A stretch of 64,000 bases of DNA from positions 2,666,001-2,730,000 of the forward strand of contig OY740826.1 of the NCBI GenBank assembly GCA_963514005.1, read 5' to 3'. The notes beneath the pieces are model-generated. The model made no database searches. It was not told the origin of the DNA and was given only the letters and a program-made list of their open reading frames with translations. Shown one piece after another: positions 1-13,510 of the stretch (position 1 is the first letter of the stretch; each line of letters starts with the position of its first letter). The position numbers and the translations under genes are program-made. The stretch comes from Raja brachyura. Lineage: Eukaryota.

Positions 1-749
1 AGATGTTGTAGTCCGCAGGCCAGTGGTCGGAGGTCTTCTCCGGGATCCCCAACGAGGGATCCCAGGCTCCGGACGCCGCACCAGCTGGAAGCTCTGCAGA
101 CCGTGGCTTCAGGCTGCCATGGGCCAGTGATCAGAGCACTCCCTTCTGGCGACCTCTGGCGAGGGTTCGCCCACTCCGCGACGAAAAAGTCCACAGCGCA
201 CCCGCTGCTGAAGCTCCGGGCCCTACTCCGGGAAAGGCCGCACCAATCCTTGGTGTTAGGTCACGAGGGAGGCGATATGGAAAAATGTGCCTCCCCATGG
301 AGGAGGCGACCAAAAGCTGCTCCCCCCTCTTACCCCTCCCTCACCACCCCCTACACAAGACACACCGACAGACATTAAAACACACATTTGGACATACCAA
401 AAAACCCCAAAAAAAGTAGAAATGACTAGCACGCTGCTGGCAGGGCAGCCATCTTGCAGCGCCCCCACCAACCTTTCTTCTATCAGGGCTGGGGACTCAA
501 GAACCAGAGGACTTGGGTTTAAGGTGAGCGGGTAAAGATTAAATAGAAACTTGAGGAGCAACTTTTTCACTTACTTGGGGGAGGGTATGTGGAACGAGCT
601 GCCATTATATACATTAATTGGCTTGGTATAAAAGTTAAAATCGTTCCTAGCGTAGGATAGTGTTAGTGTGTGGGGATCGCTGGTTCCTGCGAACATAGTG
701 GGCCGAAAGGCCTGTTTCTGCGCTCTAAACTAAACTAAACCATTAACAG

Positions 750-885
750 TGTAGGAAGGAACTGCAGATGCTGGTTTAAACCAAAGTTAGACACAAAATG
801 CTGGAGTAACTCATTGGGATAGGTAGCATCTCTGGAAAAAAGGAATGGGTGACATTTCGGGTCGAGACCTTTCTTCAGACTGAAT
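750..885 (-). repeat. Penelope-derived short repeat with a minimal type I hammerhead core
   Basis: Minus strand CTGAAGAAAGGTCTCGACCCGAAATGTC. Related copies near 2970, 17180, 40800, 43655, 61395 and 63890. Confidence 0.7.
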
Positions 886-2196
886 CAGGGGAGAGGGAAA
901 TGAGAGATATAGACAGTGAAGTAGAGAGATATAGAACAAAAGAATGAAAGATATGCAAAAAAAAGTAATGATGATAAAGGAAATAATGTTGGCTGTGTCT
1001 TAGGTGAGAACGAGAAGCTGGTGCGACTTGGGTGGGGGAGGGTGGAGAAAGAGAGAGAGAGAATGCAGGGGTTACATTAATTTACAGAAATCAATATTCA
1101 TACTGGACCGAGAGGGAATGGGTGACGTTTCGGGTAGAGTTCCTTCTTCAATGACAGCATTGATGTGCAGCGGGATCTTGGAGTCCAGGTTCACACCTCA
1201 CTGAAGGAGGCAGCATGACTAGATATTGTTTGTGGTGTTGAGAGAGCCGGGTTCGGCAGTGACCACTCAGACATTCACAGTAACACGGTGAACCCAGGTG
1301 CTTTATTCTATTTACACCGGTAAAAATGTCCACGGCCACATGGGGGCGCTGTTCCTCACCGTCAGAGTGCATGTGTGAAGATGCTGGCAATCTGTGGCCG
1401 AGTGAGTTTGCTGACGACACCAAGATTGGAAGAGTTGCAGTGAGTAAGTAAGCTGTCGGAAGATACGGTGGGATGAAGATCAGATGCAGAAAATGGCGGA
1501 GAAATGGCAGACGTAGTTTAATCCGAGCAAGTGTGAGGTGCGCACTTTGGGAGGTTGAAGGCACAAGGAGAAAGTGTAGAGTTAATGGCAAGACCATTAA
1601 CAGCATTGATTTTTTTTTAGTTTAGTTTAGAGAAACAGCGTGGAAACTATGCAGCACACACTGGGGACAATTTACATTTATACTAAGCCAGTTAACCATC
1701 AAACTGTACCTCTTTGGAGTGTGGGGGGAAACATAAGATCTCGGAGAAACACACACACACGTACAAACTCCCTACAGACAAGCACCTATAGTCGGGATTG
1801 AAACTGGGTCTCTGGCGCTGTTAGGCCAGATGCTGGTCATCTCGGGCTTGTCCCAACATCTTATTCCTGTGATCTTCAAAGGAGGAGTTGTGGCTATCAC
1901 AGGCTTCTTTCTGCAGTTCACCTTTGCCATAAACAGTGCTGACAGAGCAGATTTCTTCCTGGCAGCTCAACTTTTGAGCTTGAAGAAGTGATGATAGCAG
2001 TCTCTCGATTATCCTGGCGGCCAGTCTTTGCCTGTGTGTGGGCTAGAAGAATCACTGGCACCTCAGGCTTGCCAAGGCCACTCTATAAGCCTGAGGTACA
2101 AGCCTTGTGTAGGCTTCTACCCAGCAGTCCAGACCTGGTCTTGGGTTTGGCCTTATGGCTCAGTCTTCCTTGAATCTGTGACGGAGGAATCGCAAG

Positions 2197-2485
2197 GACG
2201 GCAGGGTGGCGCAGCGGAAGAGTTGCTGCCATACATCGCCAGGGACCAGAGTTAGATTCTGCCTATGGGTGCTGTCTGTATCGTGTTGACACATTCTCCC
2301 TGTGACCGGATGTGTTTCCTCCAGGTGCTCTGGTTTCCTCCCATATTCAAAAGACAGACAGGTTTACAGATTAATTGGCCACTGTCAATTGTCCCTAGTG
2401 TGTGGGATAGAACTAATGTAAAGGTGATCGCTGGTCGGCGGGGACTCGGTTCCTGTTTCCACATTGTATCTGGGAATTAAACTTA
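2197..2485 (+). mobile_element. tRNA-derived SINE (elasmobranch HE1-like)
   Basis: GGTGGCGCAGCGG A-box head, central core, CR1-like tail. Confidence 0.75.
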
Positions 2486-3438
2486 AATGAAAACTCTGAC
2501 TTCTTTTTCTTTCTGTCCTCTCCCGGTCTGTCCATCGGGTGAGAATGAGTGTGTTTCCGCCAGGGGCGATGAGGAGGGAGCACAGAGCTGTTTGTGGGTT
2601 GGGGGGGGGGGGGTGAGGAGGGAGAACTGCTCTTTGGGAGGGGCGGTGAGTAGTGAGCACAGGGCTGTTTGTGGGTGGGGGGGGGGGGGGTGAGGAGGGA
2701 GAACTGCGCTGTCGGAGGGGTGGTGAGCAAGGAGCGCTCCATTGTATTAGGGAGAGTGAGGGGGGAGAGCTACACTGTGGGTGGAGGGGGTGAAGGAGTG
2801 CCGTGTTGTGGGAGGGATGATGATGATGAAGCGCTGTTCTATGAGAGGAACTGTTCACTCCTTACCCTGTCTCCCCATCCCTCAGTCCCTCCTGACTTCC
2901 CCTCAAACCCTCGTCCAACACAACTCAGACCCTCCTACCTACTGTCCCTCACAACAGTCTCTCTTCACGGAGTCCCGACTCGAAACGTCGCCTATCCATG
3001 TCCTCCACAAATGCTGCCTGACCCACTGAATTACCCCAATACTGTGTTTATTTGTAATCCAGCATCAGCAGTTCCTTGTGTCTCGCCCTCATTTCCTGAT
3101 GCCCTCGCTCTCCCTTCCGCCCACACTCACCGGGGTCCCACACACAAGCACTCGTCGCTCACAGCGAAGGAGTAGCAGGGTCCTCATCACAAGCACATCA
3201 TACACAGACTGGATAAACAGCTTGCATGAGCCGCGTGTGTATCGATGCAGCGTTGCTGAGGGTGATGCCGGCCGGCCTCAGACACATTCTCAAAGTATAC
3301 CAGTGGAGTGAAATGGAAGGATCGAAGCAAGGACCTGGTCTCAGAAAGCATTTAGATTTCATGTAGGAGAAAAAAACTCATGTCAGCATGCATCATTAGA
3401 AAAAAGCAAGTAAAAGGGAAGTCATATTTTCCACAAAC

Positions 3439-3562
3439 CCCAATGGCAAGCACGGCTTCATAATTCTGCTTCATGTTCTTATAACGGACCTTCACCCAGT
3501 CACTTATTTCTTCAAACTCTTCCTTGGAAAGATAGCCAGCAATGTCTTTGAACGCCAACATC
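3439..3562 (-). CDS. PRDM9: PRDM9/SSX-type ancestral KRAB domain exon (124 bp)
   Basis: Acceptor tttttccAG|G at 3564-3563, donor |GTttgt at 3438. Encodes MLAFKDIAGYLSKEEFEEISDWVKVRYKNMKQNYEAVLAIG, which matches the PRDM9 KRAB pattern AFKDIxxYFxKEEWxxxxDWEKxRYxNxKxNY. No SET exon was found in the window, so gene intactness is unknown. Confidence 0.7.
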
Positions 3563-4162
3563 CTGGAAAAACAAACATTGATACACTTTGGTGCATAATC
3601 TGAAATAATCAGATATTAATTCCAAAACTAATTTTAAAATATCAATTGTTTATTCAATACAGGACAATTCCAGGATAAAGTGTCAAGAACTTAAAATAAA
3701 GGCTAAATTCTTCAGGACAGAAATGAGATATTTCTTCACTCAGAATATAGCGAGTTATTTTCTAGGGTTGAAATAAATCAGTTGTTAATTGCATTCCAGC
3801 AAGATCAAAATATTATTGATTCCATGAAGTAATAAACTGAATCTCGGTAAGAGAGGAAACTGCATTTAGGGTACAGGTCAGGCGTGATCTGCCTGAAAGG
3901 TCCAGACCCAAAATGTTGCCTGTAAAGATTCAAGATTGCAGCTTCCAGCCAACAAACATTTTACTTCGGAGTCACGTGAGTGACTACGTGAAGACCCCGC
4001 CAGCACGCATGCGCGACATATCGTTGAATGCACTGCGAAGCGACAGGCAGGAGGAGCGTCGCTCCTCCAGCGCAAGTTTAAAAGTGGTCCGCATGTAAGT
4101 ATTTACCATTCCTGAGGTAGTTGTCGGCTCTGTTAAGTATTTTTCTTACAGAGCGCACCACC

Positions 4163-5150
4163 ATGCAATCAAGGACGAAGTCCAAACGAGCCGCTGACAA
4201 ACTAGCTGCCGAGGACCATGAAGCAGGCAGCGGTCGAGTTCTCCAGGGCTGGTGATACAAACCGCAGCCCCCGACTTCACGCCGCTACAGCCCGCAGGTG
4301 CTCCTCAGACAGGCGGCAAAACCACCCGGAAATCGGGCAGGTCCGCTGACTCGGCTGAGTCCGGACTGGAGGACACCCCGCCGGCGGAAGCGACAGCGGT
4401 CGATTATCCCGCATGGAGCGGATGGTGGAGCAGTTGCTCCAACGTGACCTACTACAGCAGGGGTATGGTCACAGTGGGTCTCCTCGCAGACCCATGGCTT
4501 CACCCTTTACAGGGCTGCCAAATGTCTCACCCTCCTCGCAGGGGAGCATAAGGTGTCAGAACTGGGCTGACTCTGAAGAGGGGAGTGTGGCTGAAGAAAC
4601 ACCAATGCTAGGGGTGCCAGAAGAGGAGCTACTGGGCATGGTATCAAAATTTGCGATGCCTACCCAAAAACGGGTGCCGTTGCAGCCGAAGTTGGCAGCC
4701 AGTATAAACTACATGGCAACGAATCAACTTCAGGAACAGGCCATTAATGACACCGCAGCCAAATACCTAGCTCCTGAGAATTGTGTCTCCCTCAACTTGC
4801 CTGCAGTCAACAACCCCATCTGGGGTGACATGAGCCCTGCCATCAGAAGCCAGGAAGTAAAACTCCAAACAATCCTAAAACTACTAGCTTCTGGGATTAC
4901 GGTCGTTGCCAGGTCAGTGGATGGAGTGGAGATGCCGGAATAGCTACAGGATGCTCTGGCACTCCTCTGTAACACTCAGTTTGAGATCAATTGTTACAGA
5001 AAGAGTGTCATCCGGCCTGCACTGAACCCCAAGTTCGCGGGGTTGTGCAGACCCAGCAATGCACAGCCGCCTACACTACTATTTGGGGACAACCTGCCTA
5101 AGCAGATAAAAGACCTCGATGAAGAGGCAAAGGCAATAGGCATGATATAA
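4163..5150 (+). pseudogene. DIRS gag-like ORF1 (disrupted)
   Basis: ORF pieces such as KYLAPENCVSLNLPAVNNPIW lie upstream of the RT; stops and frameshifts are present. Confidence 0.7.
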
Positions 5151-5408
5151 GTGCCGGCTGCCATCCCCATACCTGCGGTGACAGCACCCCTATGCATCCA
5201 CCAGCAGTCCACGCTACCACAGCGACAGAACACCTGCTGGTGAAAGCTCGAAGGCCATCCAACCTGCCCAACGGTCTTTTTTAGACCATGCCCCAGCACG
5301 GCCTTCCTGGAAGATGCGCCACCCCCACACCACAGCGCCTCCACCTCCCAGGAAACAAGGACAGAGGAAACCAACACAGCACCACCGGTAGGTGGGTCTG
5401 GTTGCCTC

Positions 5409-6900
5409 ATGAACATTGCATGTTTAACCTCTTCACGGATTGGGGGACGATTGCACTTGTTTCGGGATGCATGGAGTTCTATAACTTCTGATCCTTTCAT
5501 ACTGCAAAGTATTCAGGGATACAACATTGAATTTGTTCACAAACTTCACCTTCCTGTTCAGCATACACCTAGTCAAAAGTTTGTGCTTTCACAGAAAGAA
5601 AAGACAGAAGGTCATGCTGAACTCTTAAGACTACATACGAAAGGGGTAATTGAGAAAACCAAAAATGTTTGTATCGAACATCTTCACAAAAAAAAACACG
5701 GCGGATGCCGCATCATTATTGATTTGACACAACTGAATACTTTCGTGCAGTACGCCCACTTCAAAATGGAACCTTTTGTTACTGCCAAACAACTAGTTTC
5801 CAAGAGATACTTCATGGCTTGCATCGACCTAAAGATGCATGCTATTCAGTACCAATAGACAAAGATCATTGCAGATATTTGAAATTTGCCTGGATGGGGC
5901 AGCTCTGACAGTGTAAAACGCTGCCTAATGGATTAACATCAGCACCCAGACTGTTTACAACATTATTGAAACCAGCTTTACCATGTCTCAGAAAACAAAA
6001 ACATATTGTTATGGCATACCTCGATGACATTTTAATTGTGGGGAAACCCTTGGAGTTGACCAAATTGACTGTCTCAGCCACTGAGCACTTATTTCAAAAA
6101 CTGGGGTTTATCATCCATCCAGACAAATCCAAATTTATGCCTTCTACCACTATGGACTACTTGGGATTCACGATTGACTATGTTCATATGTCTGTCACTT
6201 TGCCACTGAAAAAAGCGTCAGACTTGATAGAAGCATGTAACAGCCTTGCTGGCATCAGTAAACCGTCTATTCGGCAAGTAGCCAGGGTAATTGGGAAGCT
6301 TGTGGCTGCCTTTCCAGCCACACAATTTGGGCCCTTGCATTACTAAAACCTACAAAGAGCAACATTTGCAGCACTCAAAGAGCAAAATTGCACCATGCTG
6401 GCCATTTTGACAGGCCAATGCAATTACCAGCAAAAGCAAAATTGAAATTACAATGGTGGATAAACAATGCTCGACATTGCTCTAATCCCATTACAATCAC
6501 GAACCCCTCGGTTATACTACAAACTGACGCCAGCGCTCAAGGTTGGGGAGCAACTAATACCACCTCCAGTTGCGGTGGTAGATGGAATGCACATGAATTA
6601 ACCTTACTCCCGGCACTGGGAATTAATCATCTAGAAATGCTGGGAGCATTTCATAGATTCCGGGCTTACTGTTCGGACATGCACCATCTGCATGTACGCC
6701 TACAAATGGATAGTACCACCGTGGTGGCTTACATCAATCATATGGGTGGAATTAAGTCAATATCTTGTGATGAATTGGTCAATACTATCTGGCACTGGTG
6801 CTAAGAAAGGAACATTTGGATATCAGCCATTTACCTTCCGGGTAAGCTAAATACAGTGGCGGATATCAGGTCACGCAAGTTTAATGACAACACCGAATGG
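5409..6900 (+). pseudogene. DIRS reverse transcriptase/RNase H (disrupted)
   Basis: IGGRLHLFRDAW, RIIIDL, HFKME, YLDD and LQTDASAQGWGA motifs are spread over several frames. Confidence 0.92.
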
Positions 6901-7311
6901 ATGTTGGACCACAAAGTGTTTGACAATATTGTAGATCGGTATGGAACACCAGATATCGACTTTTTGCATCCAGACTCAATCATCAAATACCAACATATGT
7001 TGCATGGGAACCAGACCCTGGGGCAGTAGCGATGGACGCTTTCTCGCTGCACTGGGGGGGATTTGTTTTTCTATGCATTTCCCCCCTTCTGTCTCATCAG
7101 TCGGGTCTTGCAGAAAATTCAACAAGACTCCACATCGGGTATTCTGGTTGTACCAAACTGGCCTACTCAGCCATGGTTCCCTGTGGTACTGGACATGGTC
7201 TCAGAACCATGCATTCCAATACCCAAACGTCCGAGTTTACTGGTACATCCTGTGATGGGGGAGAGTCACCCATGCCATGACCGGATTAACATATTGGTTT
7301 GCAGGGTTTGA
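6900..7311 (+). pseudogene. DIRS Dam-like methyltransferase domain (disrupted)
   Basis: YAFPPFCLISRVLQKI...VVPNWPTQPWF is typical of the DIRS MT domain. Confidence 0.85.
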
Positions 7312-8280
7312 AAAGGCCACTCCTGGATTTCGGATTCTCGGACCAAACAATAAATATCATCACAGCATTGTGCAGGGAGTCGACCAGTAGACAATACGTC
7401 ACTTACGTCAAGAAATGGGAGGTGTTTTGTACCAAGACAAACACCACATATAACACAGCCACCATTACAGAAATGCTGGAGTTCCTGGCAAGCCTTCATT
7501 TTGATCAAGGTTTCAGCTACAGTGCCATCAACTGTGCCAGGAGTGCCCTATCCTCATATCTCGGACTAGGTTTATATCATCTTGCAGTTGGGTCTCACCC
7601 CTTGGTGTCTAAACTTATGAGGGGTATTTTTAACTCAAATCTCCACAGGCCTAGATATTCCCAGACCTGGGATATTGGCATTGTGCTAACCATGCTCCGA
7701 GGGTAGGCACCAGTAACGTCTCTTTCCCTAGCCAAATTGACATACAAAATGGTAATGCTGATGGCACTTGTGACGGCGCAACGGGTCCAGTCCCTACACA
7801 AGCTAAGTATGGACGCCATGGTTATAACCAACAATAAGGTAACTTTCTTCATTCAGGGGTTACTCAAACAAAACAGGCCTGGATCATCTGGCCGCAAGTT
7901 GGATTTCCTGGCCTATCCCGTAGACAGCAGCCTATGCATAGTGACCCACCTTTTACACTACATGGAGGTCACCAAGTGTCTCAGGGGCACGGAAAGGGCT
8001 CTGCTTATGTCACAAACGTCCTCATCACAGAGTCACCGTGTAAACTATTTCAAGATGGCTAAGGGTGGTTTTGGGTGCAGAGGGGGTGGACACTGATGTT
8101 TTTAAATCTCACTCCACCAGGGCTACATCTACATTGGCGGCAAGGATGATGGAAGTTCCTATGGACCACATCCTTGCAACGGCGGGTTGGGCTAATGAGA
8201 AAACCTTTCAGTGGTTCTATAATAAACCCATGGACGCACCTGAGATGTTTGCAGACACAATATTAAGTTCTGTATTATAA
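7299..8280 (+). pseudogene. DIRS tyrosine recombinase (disrupted)
   Basis: SYSAINCARSALS, LVTAQRVQSL, FKSHSTR, AGW and FY motifs, split by a stop and a frameshift. Confidence 0.9.
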
Positions 8281-9329
8281 TTTCCCCTAAGTAGGGTATT
8301 ATTATTGTCATTTGTTAAATAAATACCCTTCTTGGTTTTCAGCACAGTTTCATGTCTGAAATACATTAACATACTTCCTCCATTTGTCATTATGGTAGTG
8401 TGTGAGCATTGTCTTCCTTCCAGGGCATGAAATCACAGCTTTGAAATCTTCACATAGTCACTCACGTGACTCCGAAGTAAAATAGTAAGATTAAATGAGA
8501 ACTTCCAGTTTGAAGTTTGATCTTTATTTTATGAGGCGTTACGATGAGGGATTACGTGCCCTCCGCTCCCAAACCCTCTATTATAAAGATCAACTGGTAT
8601 GCTGGTTCTCTTATCTTACTATCTTAGTCAACTCTGTTATCTGTGATTTCACACCGCTGCTTTGAACAATGTCGCGCATGCATGCTGGCGGGGTCTTCAC
8701 GTCATCCCTCATCGTAACTCTTCATAAAATAAAGATCAAACTTCAAACGGGTAAGTTCTCATTTAATCTTACTATCAGTGTCTACATTTCTGGCAATGAA
8801 TACAGTGACTATCATGGGCTTCCACTGCATTGAAGTCAGGAGCAGCACCCAGGGGCTGCTGCTAAACCGCTATTGTGAAAAAGAATAAGTTGTCACAGAT
8901 AAAATCGGAGATAATCAGCAAGCCAGGCAGCAACAACTGAGTGAATGTTTCATTCTTTCCTCACAGATGGGGAAAGTTGCCAGATAGAGACAGACATCTA
9001 CAGGGATGAGGGAGGTCATCTGACTGGCCTCCCAGTTCAATATTAATGTCAGTGATCCACTCCAGAGCACAGGGAACTCATCCACTCCTCACTGACACCA
9101 TTTCCTGGGGTTGTGATGGTCTGAGATGGAGCAGCAGCATTTCCCCCGTTCCCAGGCCCACGGGAGGACATTTATCCGGCATCTTCTGCCCACTCTCCAT
9201 GTCAAAGCTCCCTGGAGTCCTAGCTCCAAGCCCTGCATCCCAGACATGATATTGTCTCTTTCAGCAGCACTTCGGTCTCCCTTCCTGAGCTCAGACACCC
9301 ACTTCTCCTCACATCACCTACTCTCACTC

Positions 9330-9530
9330 CTCCTCACTTACACACCCACACCTCGACTAAACCCCTCGCCTCAACCAATTCTCATGACTAAACCTCGCCT
9401 TCATTAAACTTCACCTCACACCTAAACCTCAACTCACTAAACTTCACCTCGACTAAACTTCACCTCAACTAAACCTCACACCTTGACTAAGTCCTTGACT
9501 TGACAAAACTTTACCTCACCTCAACTAAAC
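9330..9530. repeat. Degenerate CTAAACCTCAC-type tandem repeat, left part
   Basis: Repeated ctaaac/ctcacct units; continues at 13090-13510 beyond the RTE insertion. Confidence 0.75.
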
Positions 9531-9694
9531 GCCAAAGAAATCCATCCTTGTGGGGACATGGAACATCCGAACCGTGTTCCAGGCTGCCACAATTGCCAAC
9601 AAATTGGTGCACAACAATCTCACTCCTGAGCTTGGCTGAAACAAGATGGACACAGTCAGGGGAGACCAAATTGGTCAGCGAGCAGTCCCTTATC

Positions 9695-10212
9695 TAGGAA
9701 TGTAACAAAATGTTGAGATTTTAAAAAGCCGGTAATTTATCCCATCAGATAAAGCATAAAAGGAACTTTAATTTGACACATAATTCACTTTCATATCTTC
9801 AGTATTAAAAAAGCTATGGCCATTATCATCCTCGGAAATTAGCATCTTGTTCCCTATTGCTTTTCCATTGACTTAACACAAAAGCTGTGACCAAGGACAG
9901 TAAAAAGCCAATCTTTCATAAAAATTAAGAGAACTGAATGATATTTTTCAGTTATTATAGATTGAAGCATTCTGAAACAAATATAAAACATCTTACTTGG
10001 ATGACCTGAAATTAAGCATATAATTAGCTAGTTACCTAATTACAAAATTGACAGATTTTTCTTCATCGACTAGCAGCCCGAGGAAATCCCTCTCTAAAAG
10101 CAGTATAAACCTACATTTTAATCCCGCCCCCCCCTCCCCCCAAGGCTCAAAGTTGCGCACAGCCAGTGGCAGATCTGCAGCGCCGCTGAAGGTAGTTTTT
10201 GTAAAATCGCTA
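9695..10212. mobile_element. Non-autonomous TIR DNA transposon, TAG...CTA family, copy A
   Basis: Ends TAGGAATGTAACAAAA / TTTTGTAAAATCGCTA; TSD degraded. Confidence 0.8.
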
Positions 10213-10772
10213 CTTTAATCTACTCTGGACAGGAAGAGCACTTAAGCATCGAAGGAGAAAATGTAGCAATGTTACAACATTTGAGATCTTAAAAATCAAG
10301 TCTGCAATTTATCCCATCAGATAAAGCATAGAAAGAAGTTTAATTTCATTCCTAATTCACTTTCATATCTTCGGTATTAAAAAGGTTATGGCCATTTTCA
10401 AACTCGGAAATTAGCATCTTGTTCCCCATTGCTTTTCCATTGACTTAACACAAAAGCTGTGATCGAGGACAGTCAAAAACCCATAACTTTCTTAAAAATC
10501 AAGAGAACTGAATGACATTTTCAGTTAATATAGATGGAAGCATTCTGAAACAAATATGAAACATCTTACATAGATGACCTGAAATGGAAGCATATAATTA
10601 GTTAATTACCTAATTGTAGTTAATTACAAAATTGACCGTTGTGACTGAAATAGTAATAAACACCCAGACTACCTTGAAAATTCAAAAATGTGATATTCTG
10701 AAGATCAGACCTTTAATATTATTGTATTATATGCTGTAAGTCCGTAACAGATAGGTAAATAAATTACAATTT

Positions 10773-11008
10773 CTAGCAATAGACCAAGTCTTTATGGAGA
10801 AGATCAGTTGCTGCCTGGTACATTGGCAAATCATTATCAGTAGCATCATCATACTCCTCAGATTGTAAACAATAAGCAACTCTGTACACCTTGTTTTTCC
10901 TCAACTTTTCAATTTTGGCTACATTGTAAACTACAAGTTTTTGCTCTTCAAACCACGCATGACATGCCTTTCTGCCCACTACTTTCCCATTAAGAATGTC
11001 CAGTAGAT
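10773..11008 (-). pseudogene. C-terminal coding remnant of the transposon protein, resembling a Spin/Ssty (spindlin) Tudor-like domain
   Basis: VVGRKACHAW...VYRVAY...MYQAATDLLHKDL parallels spindlin MIGKAVEHMF...WFYITY...MYQLLDDYKEGDL. Eye alignment only. Confidence 0.5.
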
Positions 11009-11741
11009 TCCATTTCTTAAGAAAAGGATATTTTCTTTAAATAGCCTAATAACAAACTGATCTGATTCACACAAGAATTCACAATATAACATGATTTTTA
11101 AATCTCACTGTCATTAATTTATATGGCAGATGGAAGGAATTTAATGTTTAATTCCCACAAATAATCTAGAAACATCCACTCAATATAATTAAATTATTAT
11201 TTTTTTTACAATACATGGGACTAAAACTGATCTTTAGTATAAACATATTGACTATGAGTAGAAAATAACACAAAATATACACGATTTAGATGCTCTTATG
11301 ACATAATTGTCCAAAAAAAAGCATTTAAATCATCTTGCGAGTGGGTTTTTCTGGAACGCGATCGATTGGAACGTTGCATTTGCGGTGAATTTGAACTCCA
11401 TATCGGCAGGAAAAACACGGCCGGTTCGTATGGGGCCTAAATCACATTTTCGCATCGTAACATTTGATTAAAGCCATCCCAAGAAGCAAGATTATATGTA
11501 AAATACACGACTTACATTTTGTTTTGTCCCTTTCATGTGATCCGTCACGTTGTAGGCGTTGAGGATGTTAGAAGTCGCTTGTTAATTTTAATGTAATTAT
11601 CAAATTGTCTCGCGATTAAATTAAAAAAAAATCTGGAACAGAAGTCGGATGGATAATTTTGAGCAGCTCGCAGCCCGAGGAAGTCCACCTCCGACAGGCT
11701 GGAGAAGACGGCATTTTAATCCCGCCCCCCCCCCCTCAAAG

Positions 11742-12777
11742 TAGGTATGTTGCAAAACTTACCTTTAGCGGCGCTGCAGTTCTGCCGCTCCCCTTGTGCG
11801 TGACTTTGGCGCCTTTCAGAGGGGGGCGGGCTTAAAGTGCCGTTATTTTCAACAGACCTGGATAATCGATGAATGTCGGGTGATTTCGTTGCGGAAGAAA
11901 AATCGCTCCGACATTTCATCAATAAAGGTATTTTTAAATTACTCTAAATTTTTTATTAACTAGAGTAATTTAAAAATCACCTTCAAAAGCTGTGAGCACT
12001 GACAAACGGAAGGATTTTCCGTAGGGCAGAAAAAAAGGTAAATAGTTTATTTTTATATTAAAAGTTGGTTTTTCGGGAGGCTTTAATATTATTTTTATGT
12101 TGCGAAATGGGGTCCCAAAAAATGTATGAACAAACAGTATTTTTCCTCCCGACTTCACTGCTAACCGCAACGTTCCAATCCACCGCATTCCACTAAAACC
12201 CACTCGCTAGTTGATTTAAATGGCCATTTATTTACAGGCAAAAAACACTAAATTCCTTCCATTTGGCCCAGAAATTCATGAAAATGAGATTTAAAAATTA
12301 TGTTATATTGTGGGTTATTGTGTGAATGTTATTTGGACACTTAGGCAATTAAAAAAAAGTTTATCTTTTCTTAAGAAATGGATAAATGTTTAGATCCACT
12401 CATTGAATTTTGTAATTAGGTACAATTAGATAACTAACTAATTATATGCTTTAATTTCAGGTCATCCAAGTAAGATTGTTTCATATTTGTTTCAGAATGC
12501 TTCAATCTATAACAACTGAAAATTTCATTGAGTTCTCTTAATTTTTAAGAAAGTTATGGGCTTTTAACTTTTCCAGATCACAGCTTTTGCGTTAAGTCAA
12601 TTGAAAGGCAATGGGGAGCAAGATGCTAATTTCCGAGTATGAAAATGGCCATAACTTTCTTAATACTGAAGATATGAAAGTAAATTAGGTGTCAAATTAA
12701 ACTTCTTTTTATGCTTTATCTGATGGGATAAATTGCAGACTTGATTTTTTAAATCTCAAAATTTTGTAACATTGCTA
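11742..12777. mobile_element. TAG...CTA DNA transposon, copy C (1036 bp, inverted, nested in B)
   Basis: Perfect 7-bp TSD CTCAAAG at 11735-11741 and 12778-12784. Confidence 0.92.
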
Positions 12778-13089
12778 CTCAAAGGTGTCAAAGTCGTGCA
12801 CACAGCCAGTGGCAGAACTGCAGTGCAGCTGAAGGTAAGTTTTGTAACATCACTAGAAAATAGAGTAGGATTGGACACACCCTCAGGAAACCTGCCACAA
12901 ACATCACCCGGCAAGCCCTGAAATAGAACCCCCAAGGAAAAAGGAAAAGAGGTCGCCCCAGGAACAGACAAATGTCTGAGAATCAGCTCAACTGGGGAGA
13001 TCTCGAAAGAACTACCAACAGCCGAGTGAGGTGGAGGACATTTGTCAATGGCCTATGCTACCTAGAGGAGCAAAGGGCTTAAGAAGAAG

Positions 13090-13510
13090 AACTAAACCCC
13101 TCAACCACCTCGACCAAACATCACCTCAGCTAAACCTGACATCAGCTAAATTTCACACCTCACTAAATCTTGCTTCGATTAAACCCCTAGCTTCAACTAA
13201 ACCTCACATCAACTAAACCTCACACCTCACACCAAACTACTCCTCACACCTAAACCTCGCTTCAATTAAACTCCTCACCTCAGCTAAACCTCACTGAAAC
13301 TTTACCTCACTAAACATCGCCCCCAACTAAACACACCTCACTACTATATTTCACCTCACACCGAGACCAACTAAACCCTCACCTCAACTAAACTTGCCCT
13401 CACTAAACCTCCCACCTCACAACTACACTTCACCTCAACTCCACTTCACCTGAACTAAACCTCAACCTCAGCTAAATTTCACAACTGACCTCAGCTAAAC
13501 CTCTCACCTC
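13090..13510. repeat. Degenerate CTAAACCTCAC-type tandem repeat, right part
   Basis: Same units, abutting the promoter exon donor. Confidence 0.8.

Larger units (their letters stand above)
3958..8775 (+). mobile_element. Full-length, degenerate DIRS1-type tyrosine-recombinase retrotransposon
   Basis: Inverted termini plus an internal complementary region: 8447-8483 is complementary to the left end 3958-3994, and 8484-8558 to the right end 8698-8773. Gag, RT/RNase H, methyltransferase and YR remnants occur in order. No TSD; AT overlap at both ends. Confidence 0.95.
10264..12855. mobile_element. TAG...CTA DNA transposon, copy B (hosts copy C; has a coding remnant)
   Basis: TIRs TAGCAATGTTACAA / TTTTGTAACATCACTA; 7-bp TSD GAAAATG / GAAAATA. 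Confidence 0.88.
9531..13089 (+). mobile_element. Internally deleted RTE-clade LINE split by DNA transposon insertions
   Basis: Endonuclease N-terminus (VGTWNIRT...AETRWTQSG...LIYSG) at 9531-9694 and 10220-10263. RT C-terminus (IGHTLRKPATNITRQAL..NPQGKRKRGRP) with a (GAA)n tail at 12863-13089. Confidence 0.8.

Noticed and set aside
1830-3335. Possible further PRDM9-like exons (~1830-2175 and 3131-3334, minus strand)
   Set aside because: Splice-like ends exist, but the frames I translated hit stops and no SSXRD or SET motif is recognisable.
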